Origin: Pseudomonadales bacterium
GTDB taxonomy: Bacteria; Patescibacteriota; Microgenomatia; UBA1400; PJMF01
DNA: 64,000 nucleotides
Assembly: GCA_020632265.1 (NCBI GenBank)
Contig: JACKFW010000001.1
Location: 75,785-139,784, forward strand
Direction: 5' to 3'
Shown here: positions 29,639 through 40,255 of the stretch, piece by piece
Numbering within the stretch: the first letter of the stretch is position 1
Layout: every line of letters starts with the position of its first letter
Program-made: the position numbers and the translations under genes
Notes under the pieces: generated by a model
Seen by the model: the letters and a program-made list of their open reading frames with translations, nothing else
What the model was told of the DNA's origin: nothing
Database searches by the model: none

Positions 29639-31232
29639 TTTTTATTGATAATTTATATAAGTTGCAACTTCCAAAACAACCTTCTGATACTAATTCAGTT
29701 TCGAAGATATCTTCAATATTTTGGTAGTCTTTTTTCCAAACATCAGTACTTGCGTAATAATTTGAGATATATATATTTTTACCATCATTCATTAAATTAA
29801 GGTATTCATCAATCAAGCTTTTATTATAAAAATATTTTAGAACATCTTTTTCACTCGATGAAAATTCTTGATAAAGACTAATGGGAAGATAATTGTATTT
29901 ACCAAATGAATTAATTTCAATATAAAAAGGTGGTAAAAAAGTAGCTAGATAAGAGTTAGATTCGTTGATATTATCATTAAAGTTTTGTACCGCCAAATAA
30001 TTCCAAGGGGTTTCTTGATATTTAAAGTTAATCATTATCTGATTTTTCAAAGAAATAAGATTATTAACATTAAGATGAGGTCCTTGCTTTGTAATTAGCA
30101 AGCTAAATAATATTATAAAAAATGCAATTGCAGAAGATTTGCCGGCAGATTTAATCTTAGCAAATTGATTTAAAAATAAGACAAATCCTAGTATTAGTGG
30201 AATAACCAAAGTCATAATGTATCTTGAATCTGCATAGTAAAAAAATGACATAAAGCCAATATTTAATGCAATAAAAATACCAAAATAACTTATTAAATTG
30301 CGTTTGTTATTATTTAAATATGACCATATTAAACCAATCACACCAGTTACTGCAAAAAATTTATTAAACAACAACTCTTGATACCACAAAAATCTGGCGT
30401 TTGAGCCCATCAAACCGTTTACATAAAAATTTAGATTTGTTTTAAACGATTCAATGTTAAAACTTGTTTCGCTGGATAGGTTTGCATGCCCAAATAAAAT
30501 ATTTGTCTTCAAAACAAAAAAGACAAATATCATTACTGAAATAATTGAATTTATCAAGTATGTTGATAGTACATTAACTTTGTTATTAAGGATAACTTTT
30601 ATCAAAAAGCTAAGATGAAATGCCAAAGCAAGTGGTAAATTTGAAAACTTAGTCAATAAGAGCAGTAGTCCCACATATCCAGAAAATATCGAGTTTATTT
30701 TAGAATTTTTTGTGGCTAATAAATAAAATGAAAGCATTACTAATGTGAGCGTTAAGTTTTCGGCCATTAATAAAGATGGCAAGTTATAAATATGGAAGGT
30801 GGTCGCATAAATCAAACCACCGGATAAAATATATAAAGATTTATTAATTCTTTTTTTTGAAAAAGTTGAAATAATTTTTATAAACAAAAATAAACTGAAA
30901 AATCCTAAAGCTTGGTTTGCAAAATAAAACATTCTGAAATCATTTTTAATAAAATAAAAAGGAATAAGAAAAATGGAATATAGGGGTGGCACCATACTTT
31001 TAATTTCATGACCATAAGTCATCATTTTAAACTCATTGCCTTTTATAAAATTAATTGCGGGAATAGAATAAAAAAGCGTATCAGGGAAAGGTTCTAAATT
31101 CGGTATTAGTGATCTAACAGAAAAAGGATCTTTAAAAGAAAGCGCAAAGTATACAATAAATACTATTATTGCTGCTATCTGAATGGAATACTTTTTTATA
31201 TATCGATACAACTTCAAAAGAACAGCTTTCAT
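29628..31232 (-). CDS. ArnT/PMT_2-like GT-C membrane glycosyltransferase (divergent; lacks the canonical DE dyad)
   Basis: 534 aa, >=11 TM. First loop 'PDTLFYSIPAINFIKGNEF...PPLYSIFLIPFYF' parallels the ArnT 'DEaryaeiA..ml..G.......kPPL.yW' region. Confidence 0.45.
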   Translation of the reverse strand: MKAVLLKLYRYIKKYSIQIAAIIVFIVYFALSFKDPFSVRSLIPNLEPFPDTLFYSIPAINFIKGNEFKMMTYGHEIKSMVPPLYSIFLIPFYFIKNDFRMFYFANQALGFFSLFLFIKIISTFSKKRINKSLYILSGGLIYATTFHIYNLPSLLMAENLTLTLVMLSFYLLATKNSKINSIFSGYVGLLLLLTKFSNLPLALAFHLSFLIKVILNNKVNVLSTYLINSIISVMIFVFFVLKTNILFGHANLSSETSFNIESFKTNLNFYVNGLMGSNARFLWYQELLFNKFFAVTGVIGLIWSYLNNNKRNLISYFGIFIALNIGFMSFFYYADSRYIMTLVIPLILGFVLFLNQFAKIKSAGKSSAIAFFIILFSLLITKQGPHLNVNNLISLKNQIMINFKYQETPWNYLAVQNFNDNINESNSYLATFLPPFYIEINSFGKYNYLPISLYQEFSSSEKDVLKYFYNKSLIDEYLNLMNDGKNIYISNYYASTDVWKKDYQNIEDIFETELVSEGCFGSCNLYKLSIKNEN

Positions 31233-31233
31233 C

Positions 31234-32154
31234 TTACTTTTCCCAATACTTCAAAAAATAGTCAACAGTTTCTTTGACTCCATCCTCTAGCGAAACTTGT
31301 GCTTGCCAACCCAAATATTGCCTTGCCTTTTGAGCATTGGCATACAATACCAAAGGATCGCCGGGACGCTCTGCTAAATAAGTGATTTTAGCCTGTTTAT
31401 TCATCGCCTTTTCAACCTCGCGAGCAATTTCAAGGACTGTAGATGGTTTTTCTGTTGAAAGGTTAAAATAATGATATTTCTCTGGATTTTTTATCGCATA
31501 ATCAAGAGCTTTGAAATGGGCTGACACAATGTCACGAATATGAATATAATCTCGTTTGTGTTCCCCATTTCCATAAACCGTTACTTCTTGATTGTTAAAA
31601 ATTTGTTTAATAAAGCGTGGCATGGCGTGAGATTCTGGCATATGATGCTCCTCAGGACCATAAAGATTGAAGTATCTTAGCGCCACTCCAGTAAACTTGT
31701 GAGCCTCCACATAACTTGAGATCAAACCTTCCATAGCTAATTTATTCATTCCATAAGGATTAATCGGAATAGTTCTATCATCTTCTTTAATTGGAATATT
31801 TAATGGCTCTCCATAAACTGCCGCAGATGATGAAAAGATTATTGTCTTTATGTTATTTACCCGCATTGCCTCCAGAACACTAATCGTACCTGAAATATTA
31901 GTATCTACATATTTTTGAGGAAATTTGACGGATTCTCCGGCTTCGATCAAGCCTGCAAAATGAAAAACAACTTCCGCGTCCTTTATATGCTGCTTCATTA
32001 GATCAGTATTTCTAATATCAGCAATAATGGTGTTAACATCATTATCTCTTGAAGGTCTTAAATCAATATTTTTAACTTCATGGCCCTCATTTTTAAGAGC
32101 CCTGATCATGTGAGTACCTAAAAATCCAGAACCTCCTGTAACAATTATTCTCAT
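31234..32154 (-). CDS. NAD-dependent epimerase (UDP-glucose 4-epimerase-like)
   Basis: 306 aa. 'MRIIVTGGSGFLGTHMIRAL', 'SSSAAVYG', 'YGMNKLAME'. Confidence 0.85.
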   Translation of the reverse strand: MRIIVTGGSGFLGTHMIRALKNEGHEVKNIDLRPSRDNDVNTIIADIRNTDLMKQHIKDAEVVFHFAGLIEAGESVKFPQKYVDTNISGTISVLEAMRVNNIKTIIFSSSAAVYGEPLNIPIKEDDRTIPINPYGMNKLAMEGLISSYVEAHKFTGVALRYFNLYGPEEHHMPESHAMPRFIKQIFNNQEVTVYGNGEHKRDYIHIRDIVSAHFKALDYAIKNPEKYHYFNLSTEKPSTVLEIAREVEKAMNKQAKITYLAERPGDPLVLYANAQKARQYLGWQAQVSLEDGVKETVDYFLKYWEK

Positions 32155-32155
32155 A

Positions 32156-33601
32156 TCATTCTTTCACAATCTTTTTAAATATTTTTTGCTCTCCTTGATC
32201 ATATATTATTTCATAATCAAGGTCATGAAGTAATTTAAATTTAAGATCGTAGAAATTTATTCCCAAAAATGTGTTAGGCTCTTGTCCCTCTCTGAAATCG
32301 ACCACGATGTAATCTGGTGAAAATTGGTCGTAGTTATCTCTGAGCATCAACACGTGTCTTCTGTATGCGATCTTTGCAGCAATATTTGTTTGAGCCATCA
32401 CTACTCCGTCTTTGGGAATATGGTCAATGAGTGTTGATAAAAATTTAAAGTTTTGAGAATGTTTATAAAATGCTGAATTACCAAATAACAAAATTGGCGA
32501 ATTCAAATAAACAACATTTATAAATGCTGTTAGTATCACTATCAAAAATAGCAGTACCTTTATGTATTGATATTTAAAAAATGGCATTACTTTATGAATA
32601 AACATTTTTAATCTTATCCAACCTATATTTGCCCCAAGTATCAAGGTTGGAGTTATTTCAGCATTGTAATGCATCCCCAAATCATGTCTTGTTGTAGCTA
32701 CGCTTGAAAACCTTGACCACCAATTGAAAAGTATTGGTGGCAGAGTCTCGGGAGCTAAAACTGGAAAAAATCCAAAATTAAGAAAACTATAAAAAATTGT
32801 TTTAATTCTTAGCTCGTCAAATTTTGGCAAAATGGCTTCAATACTTGTCGTTGCTTCACCCAAATAATAATTACCAGTTCCATTGAAAAATTTAAAAACA
32901 TAATTAATGACAAAATAGCCATAAGCAACAGAAAAAATAAGACTAAATATACCAATTTTGCGCCACTCGCCTTTATTTTTAAATAATATCAGGAGAGAAA
33001 ACCAAGCAGGGATAATAAAAGTAAGTTCTTTAGTTAATAAGACTGAAAATAGTCCCAGGAAATACCAAAACTTTTTCTTTTTTATCATGCCATAGAAGAA
33101 AAGTGAAAGAGGCAGTGGTAATAAAGTAATCGCATGGAATTCAGTAATGAGTGCGTTGTGCAATCCAATAAATGAAAAATATAGCATTAACATTGCGAAT
33201 GATTCGAATTTTGTTTTTTGATAGTGTTTAGAAATTAAATATATGAATAATCCACTCAAAGCCACAAAAAAAGTTTGAAAAACCAACAAAACTTCTCCTG
33301 TTTTAAAAATAGCCACAAAAGGACTGATCAAAAAGATGATGGGGTGAAAATGATCTCCCAAAATATTGGTATTTGTAAAAACAAAATGATCAATGATTGG
33401 TGCTTCAAGTCTTGAAACAGAAGAAATTGCAGTATAAAAAATTCCAAAATCATAATACCAGGCGGAATATTGCCAATAACGATGTAATGCCACTGTGGTA
33501 AAAATAATAAAAAATACTGAGATGATTAAAAATAATCTTCGGTACTCTTTGGTGTTATTTTTTTTGATAAAACTTGTGAGTGTATTCATAAAATTATGCA
33601 A
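32156..33601 (-). CDS. DUF2079-like polytopic membrane protein (candidate GT-C)
   Basis: 481 aa, ~12 TM. N-terminus 'ALHRYWQYSAWYYDFGIFYTAISS' resembles the DUF2079 signature (h-x-x-F-x-x-x-x-x-D-L-G-I-F-x-Q). Assignment from motif memory only. Confidence 0.4.
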   Translation of the reverse strand: MHNFMNTLTSFIKKNNTKEYRRLFLIISVFFIIFTTVALHRYWQYSAWYYDFGIFYTAISSVSRLEAPIIDHFVFTNTNILGDHFHPIIFLISPFVAIFKTGEVLLVFQTFFVALSGLFIYLISKHYQKTKFESFAMLMLYFSFIGLHNALITEFHAITLLPLPLSLFFYGMIKKKKFWYFLGLFSVLLTKELTFIIPAWFSLLILFKNKGEWRKIGIFSLIFSVAYGYFVINYVFKFFNGTGNYYLGEATTSIEAILPKFDELRIKTIFYSFLNFGFFPVLAPETLPPILFNWWSRFSSVATTRHDLGMHYNAEITPTLILGANIGWIRLKMFIHKVMPFFKYQYIKVLLFLIVILTAFINVVYLNSPILLFGNSAFYKHSQNFKFLSTLIDHIPKDGVVMAQTNIAAKIAYRRHVLMLRDNYDQFSPDYIVVDFREGQEPNTFLGINFYDLKFKLLHDLDYEIIYDQGEQKIFKKIVKE

Positions 33602-33605
33602 GCAA

Positions 33606-34871
33606 TTAGGCTACCCAGTATCCTTGTATAAACAGCAGTGTATTTACTATAAGCAAAATACTACTAATAGTAAACCAAACATATCTAAATCTTTTTGATT
33701 TTTCAGCCCAAATGGCTAATTGAATAAATATTGGGAAACAAACTAAGAGGTATCTTGGCATGCTAGAAAAAGTACCAGTTAATGTAGGAATAAGGAATGC
33801 TAGAAGTGCAAATAAAACATAACTTAAACGAACTTTTCTTGCACTTAAAAATAAAACAATTAGTGCCAAGGTGCCAGCTACCATTTCTTGGAAATAGGCA
33901 AAATATTTGAGGTCAAAAGGTCTTGCTGTAACTAATATTTTTATATATCTCCACAGAACTTGAGGATATGATATTAAAGATTCTTGTCTTACTCCCCCAC
34001 CAAATTCCGATTGAACATGAAAGAAATATAATGGGTCACCAAATTTTTTCCACAAATAAACCATGTATAGAACTAAGCCGATACTACCTAAAGATATAAT
34101 TGCAGTTGGTTTGAAATATTTTTTCCAATTACTAATTTTTTTAGTTAAAGTTGTTTTAAACTCAATAGCCAATTGCTCAAACTTCACACCAAATATATCT
34201 GGCAGTTTTTGATCGCTAAAAATTACCTCAAAAATCAATGCTGGTACCAAAGCGATGCCTATAATTTTTGTAGCACTTGCAATTGCAACAAATATTGCAG
34301 CCAGCCAATACTGTTTCTTCTGAGTAAAAATAAAGGCCAATAGAACGGTAAGTAAAAACAAGGACTCAGTATAAATGGCTCCAAAGAATAATGAAGTCGG
34401 AAATAATATTAAGGCGAGAACTGAATACCACGCAATTTTTTTTGCGTATTTTTTATCATTAGATTTTTCATAAACGTTCTTCACACCGATCTTGCCGGAA
34501 ATTAATTGGTGCCAAACAAAAAGTAAAATTAAAAATGAAACATTTGAAATTAATAGATGAGAGGCTAAAATATTCTCTATAAATATATTTAAGAATTTAG
34601 CAAAAAATGGATAAACTGGGAAAAAAGCTTGAATGTACTCAGCGCCTTTAAATCCAGACTTAGCAATGGTCAAATAATGGACGCCGTCGAAGTTTCCCCA
34701 AGAGTAAACCCATCTGGGAAATTTTAAAAAACTCAAGGTTCCGTCGGCATAAGGAAAACTAGGATCATACTTCAAAAATAAATCGGCAAAATATCCAACT
34801 ATAAATAATGCTACTCGCCAAACAAAGAATGTGGCTAATATTTTTTTAAATACTTTCATTTTACCTATCAA
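33606..34871 (-). CDS. PIG-V/Gpi18-like (Mannosyl_trans2, GT76-like) GT-C mannosyltransferase homolog
   Basis: 421 aa, ~10 TM. 'WGNFDGVHYLTIAKSGFKGAEYIQAFFPVYPFF' matches the PIG-V family block (W-D-a-e-H-F-l-x-I-A-e-x-G-Y ... A-F-F-P-l-y-P). Confidence 0.5.
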   Translation of the reverse strand: MIGKMKVFKKILATFFVWRVALFIVGYFADLFLKYDPSFPYADGTLSFLKFPRWVYSWGNFDGVHYLTIAKSGFKGAEYIQAFFPVYPFFAKFLNIFIENILASHLLISNVSFLILLFVWHQLISGKIGVKNVYEKSNDKKYAKKIAWYSVLALILFPTSLFFGAIYTESLFLLTVLLAFIFTQKKQYWLAAIFVAIASATKIIGIALVPALIFEVIFSDQKLPDIFGVKFEQLAIEFKTTLTKKISNWKKYFKPTAIISLGSIGLVLYMVYLWKKFGDPLYFFHVQSEFGGGVRQESLISYPQVLWRYIKILVTARPFDLKYFAYFQEMVAGTLALIVLFLSARKVRLSYVLFALLAFLIPTLTGTFSSMPRYLLVCFPIFIQLAIWAEKSKRFRYVWFTISSILLIVNTLLFIQGYWVA

Positions 34872-34914
34872 CTTTAATATTTCGGATCAATCTTAATATT
34901 TGGACTTCGAAAAA

Positions 34915-35970
34915 TTATTTTTCAATAATTTTTTTATATACTTCAACTGTTTGATTGGCGGTTTTTTCCCAAGTAAAAGTTTGTGACCATTTGTAGGCAT
35001 CTCTGATCCAATTAGTCCGTTTTGTTTTTGACCAATTAAGCACTGTTTGAACAGCTTGAGCCATATCTTCGGCAACCGGCTTGGTAAAAACTACGTTTTG
35101 ACCACCAACCTCGATTAATGAAGAATTTTCTGTTGAAATAACTGGAGTTTTGCATTGCATCGCTTCTAAAACAGGAAGCCCAAAACCCTCATATAAGGAT
35201 GGTTGAACATATCCAAGAGCTCCGCTGTAAATTGCTGCTAATTCTTCTACAGATTCTGTAAGGACATTATTTAAAAATATCACTCTATTAGCAACATCGC
35301 TCAGTGCCAGTTGAGTTTCAATCCATTTCCATTCGGGAATTTCTTGTGGAGTAAAATTGCGACCTAAACATACCAATTTAATTTCTTTGTCTTCTACAAA
35401 CTTCATCATTTTTATTAGTTGAGGAATATTTTTGTTATAGTTAATATCCCCAACATAAAGTAGATATTTTTTCGGCAAGTTATTCTGTTTCAATACTTTT
35501 CTCACTAATTTTTCATTTTGAAATTGCATTTCAGGATTCGCCGCCAAATATACGACATGCACTTTTTCTTCTGGAATCGATAGAAACTTAACTATGTCGG
35601 CTTTTGAAGCATGAGAATCTGTAATAATCGCGCTAACGGTTTTGAGAGCAAATTTTTGTTTTTCAAAACGCAACTTACCTTTTACGCCTGCTTTATAGAA
35701 ATCTGGAAATATCAATGGAATGACATCATGAATTGTTACAACATTATGTTCAAATGGACTAATTGGCAAAGTGCTAAAAAATAAATCAAAAAAAGGATAG
35801 TGAACTATATCAAATTTAACCTTTTCGTCTTGAGAATAGGTGCTAGATCTATAAACCTTAAGTTCATCATTTTTTTCAAACTCTGATAACAAAAGACGTG
35901 CGTAAGTACCAATGCCTCTAATAGCACTGCCACCACTTAAAACATTTGTGTCGAATAAAATATTAATCAT
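34915..35970 (-). CDS. Family 4 (GT-B) glycosyltransferase
   Basis: 351 aa. 'LSGGSAIRGIGTYARLL'. C-terminal 'QPSLYEGFGLPVLEAMQCKTPVISTENSSLIEVGG' is the classic Glycos_transf_1 E-x7-E block. Confidence 0.85.
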   Translation of the reverse strand: MINILFDTNVLSGGSAIRGIGTYARLLLSEFEKNDELKVYRSSTYSQDEKVKFDIVHYPFFDLFFSTLPISPFEHNVVTIHDVIPLIFPDFYKAGVKGKLRFEKQKFALKTVSAIITDSHASKADIVKFLSIPEEKVHVVYLAANPEMQFQNEKLVRKVLKQNNLPKKYLLYVGDINYNKNIPQLIKMMKFVEDKEIKLVCLGRNFTPQEIPEWKWIETQLALSDVANRVIFLNNVLTESVEELAAIYSGALGYVQPSLYEGFGLPVLEAMQCKTPVISTENSSLIEVGGQNVVFTKPVAEDMAQAVQTVLNWSKTKRTNWIRDAYKWSQTFTWEKTANQTVEVYKKIIEK

Positions 35971-36796
35971 TTTTTTTGTATTTCCTATTTTCCTTTATTT
36001 CCCAAAGCAATAAATATGCGATTGCATGATGCATCCCACTCATGATAGCAAATACAAAGCCGGGAATTCCATCAACAAAACCTTTGTGTCTTAAAAACAT
36101 CATTAAAAATGTTTTTAAAGGCAAATAAACCATATATTTCATTGTATTGAAAATATTTATTTGCAAACCTTTTTCGTTTAGTTGATGTGCTTTAAAATTT
36201 GTGTAAGTGCCAAATTTACGTAAATAATCTGAAAAAGTAGGATTTGCATAATGCAGTAAATGACCTTTTGCCCATCCCACAGTTCCATCAACTACCATTT
36301 GTTCATGAACATCTTTTTGAGGCAATTTTGCAAATCCATTGATATAAAGTCTAATGACAGGATCAGGATACTGACCTCCTTTTTTAAGCCAAGCCCCTAG
36401 AAACAAGTTTTTTCTGGGGATTTCCCAAGCGACTGGATTATTGGCTTTCCATTCAGTTTCCCAGCTCTCATTATTGTTTTTTATAACTTGAATTTTTTTA
36501 TTAAGTTTGTCAACAAATTTTACCAGATTTTTATCACAAACTTCATCGGCATCAAGTTGGAGCACTAAATCACCTTTAGCCATATCCAACCCCATCTGTT
36601 TGTTAATGTGAAAGTTTTTTTTATTGGTAGTCTTGATTACCTTCGCACTCAATTTTTCACAAACTTCTCTAGTTTGATCAGATGAATAGCCGTCAACAAC
36701 AATAATTTCATCAGCAATCTTCCTAATTGAATCAGAACTTAAATATTTAAGAATATTTTTTTCTTCGTTATATGTGGCTAAAACAACTGACAGCAT
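35963..36796 (-). CDS. Family 2 glycosyltransferase (paralog of 52580..53425 and 54552..55502)
   Basis: 277 aa. 'LSVVLATYNEEKNILKYL...DEIIVVDGYSSDQTREV', 'LVLQLDADEV'. Shares a 'G-A-W-l-x-k-G-G-x-x-P-D-x-v-x-R-L-f/y' block with two other GT2s in the window. C-terminal TM. Confidence 0.75.
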   Translation of the reverse strand: MLSVVLATYNEEKNILKYLSSDSIRKIADEIIVVDGYSSDQTREVCEKLSAKVIKTTNKKNFHINKQMGLDMAKGDLVLQLDADEVCDKNLVKFVDKLNKKIQVIKNNNESWETEWKANNPVAWEIPRKNLFLGAWLKKGGQYPDPVIRLYINGFAKLPQKDVHEQMVVDGTVGWAKGHLLHYANPTFSDYLRKFGTYTNFKAHQLNEKGLQINIFNTMKYMVYLPLKTFLMMFLRHKGFVDGIPGFVFAIMSGMHHAIAYLLLWEIKENRKYKKND

Positions 36797-36838
36797 TCAT
36801 TTATTGTACTATTAAGAACCATCTCTGGCTAGATCCCT

Positions 36839-38671
36839 CTAGTTGGTGCTAAAAAGATTTTCACAAAACTCTTGGTTTGAAAGCGATTCCACTGCCATGA
36901 CGTTCTTTTTGATGTTCGGATATGGATTCAGAGTATATTGGCTACAAAGTTTGTCATTATATATGGTAAATATTGTGCCACTGTCGGTGAGCGACTTGAT
37001 TTGGGTGGTTAAATTTGGATCGTGGTTTGGCACGCATGGATCTTTGGTAAAAAATACAAATACTGTAACGTCATTTAAATCAAGAACTGATTGAGAGCAA
37101 CCTCCTTCTATTTTTAAATTATTGATTTCAAACTCACGATCATTAATTGCTAAGCTAGCTTGTTCGCGATTAGATTGAGATAAAAGATGGTTATAATGAA
37201 TTTGATAATTAAAAGTGGCATCATCTCGGTCAGGAAGAATATAAACATCATCTTGGGAGTTAATTCTATCTATGTAGCTTGCCACCACTCTTTCGTAAAA
37301 ACCCACATTTTTAGTATGAGTAATTGGATATCTAAAAAAATAGATGAAAAAGAACGGCGTTGTAGTGATTAAGTATATTGCCACAAACAAAAATGTCATT
37401 CTTTTTGAAAACAGTTCTAAAAATGAAGCTGAGCCAATGCCCATTAATAAAACTATTCCCAGAAATACAAACGCACCTCTAAAATAAATCCATGGATCTC
37501 CGATGCGAATTGTATTTGGTATTGCCCCAATTACGATAAATGACAAAACAAAAAATAGAACTCTGTAGTCTTTTTTATTAGCAACGATAAATCCAAGTCC
37601 AATCACAATTACTAAAATATCAATTAAATGAAAATAGCCATAATCTAAAACTGAAAAAGTATCAACTCTAGCATCGCCTTCAATAAATAATCTTTTAAAA
37701 TCAAAAGAGTTCAGGAATTTATCAGTAAGTTCTGTTGCTAGTACAGAATATTTATTGATATACAAACTGTTTAAAGGAGTCGACAGACTCATTCTTCGCC
37801 AATCATTCACCTTACTACTTAGAGCTGTTGGATCAAAAATTTGAAATTCACCACTTCTTTGTGAAGAAGTTAAATTTGGTAATCTAACTAAGTAAATAAT
37901 TGTAAGCAAAATTGAAAATATAAATATAACTATTGTTGCAAGAATATTTTTGTTACTAATATTTTTCTTTAATTGTTTTAGAAAGTTTTTTATTTTGTAC
38001 TGATCTACTTTTTTATTTGCACTCTTTGAGTTATCTTCATCTTTTATACTAGTCTTTTCTAAAATCAAAAATATCAAACACAAAAAGATTAATGGAACTA
38101 ACAGAGGTTTATGACCCTGATATTGAAAAAAGCCCAAAAACAGCGGTGCAACTGACCATAATTTACGCCATTTTTTAAAATAGAGTAAAGAAACCATTCC
38201 CATCAAGTAAAATCCAATACTAAAAAGCGAATCATAGCCCATTCTGGTAAATTGAAATATCCAGGGATTTAGAGTTGCAATAACGGTTGTGGCTATAAAG
38301 ACTCTTTTTTCTTTTCTAAGTCTATATGCTAGCAATCCGAGTAACACTGGAATTAAACTACCTAATAATAGAGGCACGAATTTTCCAGCAAGAATTGGAT
38401 TATTGGGAAATAAAATAAAACCTGGAGTTAATACAGTGCTTGTTAATTCGGTGTAATAAGAATCAGATGGTTCTAAAAACCAAGGTTTCCAAGTACCTTT
38501 CAAATCGGTTCCATATTTAACAATACTTTGTGCTTCTGCCAAATAAATCACTTCATCATAGGTTGCTGCACTAGGAGTTGATTGAAAATGAAATAATCGA
38601 GCCAAAATATTTAATATAAAAAATATTAGCACTAAAAATTTCATCTTTGTGGTAATTTTATTCTGTGCCAT
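36839..38671 (-). CDS. ArnT/PMT-family GT-C membrane glycosyltransferase
   Basis: 610 aa, ~12 TM plus a C-terminal soluble domain. 'ATYDEVIYLAEAQSIVKYGTD' (DE dyad) and 'IATLNPWIFQFTRMGYDS' (compare ArnT 'spw.......r....D'). Confidence 0.6.
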   Translation of the reverse strand: MAQNKITTKMKFLVLIFFILNILARLFHFQSTPSAATYDEVIYLAEAQSIVKYGTDLKGTWKPWFLEPSDSYYTELTSTVLTPGFILFPNNPILAGKFVPLLLGSLIPVLLGLLAYRLRKEKRVFIATTVIATLNPWIFQFTRMGYDSLFSIGFYLMGMVSLLYFKKWRKLWSVAPLFLGFFQYQGHKPLLVPLIFLCLIFLILEKTSIKDEDNSKSANKKVDQYKIKNFLKQLKKNISNKNILATIVIFIFSILLTIIYLVRLPNLTSSQRSGEFQIFDPTALSSKVNDWRRMSLSTPLNSLYINKYSVLATELTDKFLNSFDFKRLFIEGDARVDTFSVLDYGYFHLIDILVIVIGLGFIVANKKDYRVLFFVLSFIVIGAIPNTIRIGDPWIYFRGAFVFLGIVLLMGIGSASFLELFSKRMTFLFVAIYLITTTPFFFIYFFRYPITHTKNVGFYERVVASYIDRINSQDDVYILPDRDDATFNYQIHYNHLLSQSNREQASLAINDREFEINNLKIEGGCSQSVLDLNDVTVFVFFTKDPCVPNHDPNLTTQIKSLTDSGTIFTIYNDKLCSQYTLNPYPNIKKNVMAVESLSNQEFCENLFSTN

Positions 38672-40136
38672 ACCAAAAAACTTTCCAATCTGAATCTACA
38701 TTAATAACCTTTCGCAATTTTTTATCTTTAAATGCCGTCATCGCATAGGACTTATCTTGCCTAAGAATTTCATCTGTTGCAGTGCTAATTACAAACAAGT
38801 GCTCACTAACATCATACTCGCTTGGTTCTCTAAGTCCTGTGTTTCTCATTCTAATGTAATCTCGGTAATCTGCGGCAAGCGGATCACTATCATGACTAGA
38901 GAGTGCCGCCACATTAGCATTATGCAACTTTTCATTATTAATGATGTCAATAATTATTTGACTAGCATTAGTTGTTATTTTCATGCTTGGTGGAACTTCA
39001 GATATTGTTAGTTGATTTTTGATAGTCAATAACGAACCGAGAATTAATATTAAAAATATAAATTTTGCTAAAAATATATTAAGCAATTCTTTGCGTGGCA
39101 AAAGTAGCCATATAAAGAAAAAAACAATGCTTGGATAAACATATCTCATTTGAAAATCATTTATAATCACACCTGCAAAAATAATTAATGTAGCTGGCAC
39201 TATCCATGTTAAAGTTTGATAAGTTTTCGTTTTAAGTTCTCTAATTATCAAGATTAATGAAGTAAATAATAATATAACTTGTAAAAATCCATTCTGTACA
39301 AATGTTTGTAAATAAATTGAAATATCTCTATATAAATGATCTTTAATTAAATCAATGCTATAAACTGTTTCAATTTGAGGAGTGTTACCTCCCAACAAAT
39401 ATTTCCCAAAAAATAATCCCGGTGGGTTTTTCAAATCAAACAAAATAAAAAGTGAGAATGGCAAAGCATATCCAATTAACATAAATAATACTTTTCTAAA
39501 TTGTTTCTTTTTAAAATACTGCAGTGAAATGAGAATTAAAAAAGATACTGTTGAAAAAATTGACACGTAATGATGATGAAACATTGCTCCGAAAGAAAGT
39601 CCCATTATTAAGTAGCTAATCAATCCGAGTGATTTTCTATAAAAAAATAATAGTAATCCTAGCGAAGCCCAAAATATCACAAAATGTGGATTCCAAGCCC
39701 AACGACTCACTAAAACCAGTGGATACCAAATCATAATTAACACACTACCTAAAAATAAAAATTTTGGGTTAACTTTATGAATAATTAATAATAAAAAAAT
39801 AGCAGTTATAAATCCATAAAATGCCATACCATAGACCGTTGACACTGGTGTGAAATTAAAAGCAATCGCAAATGGCATCACCATGTAATAGCTCAGAGAA
39901 CTGAAAACTTTATCTTGTTCACTGGAAATAGGACCCACTAATGATAATTGTTTATTTTGATAATATTGGTGCATGCGAGCGAGATCACTTGATTCATCTC
40001 TAGTAAATCTTGCCGTGCCATCCAGATTATAAAAACGGGTAAATATAACAACTAAAAAGAAAAAAGTCAGTAATAGTTTTGAGTTAAATGAAAGTTTTTG
40101 AAGTTTGTGAAAGTTTTTTGTAATAAATTGGTGCAT
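38658..40136 (-). CDS. GT-C fold membrane glycosyltransferase candidate ('AWNP'-motif family)
   Basis: 492 aa, >=11 TM. 'RFTRDESSDLARM...LVGPISS', 'VLVSRWAWNPHFVIFW'. Paralogous to 5425..6867 and 43642..45438. 14-bp overlap with the upstream gene. Confidence 0.5.
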   Translation of the reverse strand: MHQFITKNFHKLQKLSFNSKLLLTFFFLVVIFTRFYNLDGTARFTRDESSDLARMHQYYQNKQLSLVGPISSEQDKVFSSLSYYMVMPFAIAFNFTPVSTVYGMAFYGFITAIFLLLIIHKVNPKFLFLGSVLIMIWYPLVLVSRWAWNPHFVIFWASLGLLLFFYRKSLGLISYLIMGLSFGAMFHHHYVSIFSTVSFLILISLQYFKKKQFRKVLFMLIGYALPFSLFILFDLKNPPGLFFGKYLLGGNTPQIETVYSIDLIKDHLYRDISIYLQTFVQNGFLQVILLFTSLILIIRELKTKTYQTLTWIVPATLIIFAGVIINDFQMRYVYPSIVFFFIWLLLPRKELLNIFLAKFIFLILILGSLLTIKNQLTISEVPPSMKITTNASQIIIDIINNEKLHNANVAALSSHDSDPLAADYRDYIRMRNTGLREPSEYDVSEHLFVISTATDEILRQDKSYAMTAFKDKKLRKVINVDSDWKVFWYGTE

Positions 40137-40255
40137 TCAGACAATTATAGCCTAGCCAAAAGGAAATCGTCAAATCAATATATAAATTGTTTATATCATT
40201 GTAAATAAAACACTGGCAGTTAGATCTAATAAAGTGTATTATATAAAAATATCTC

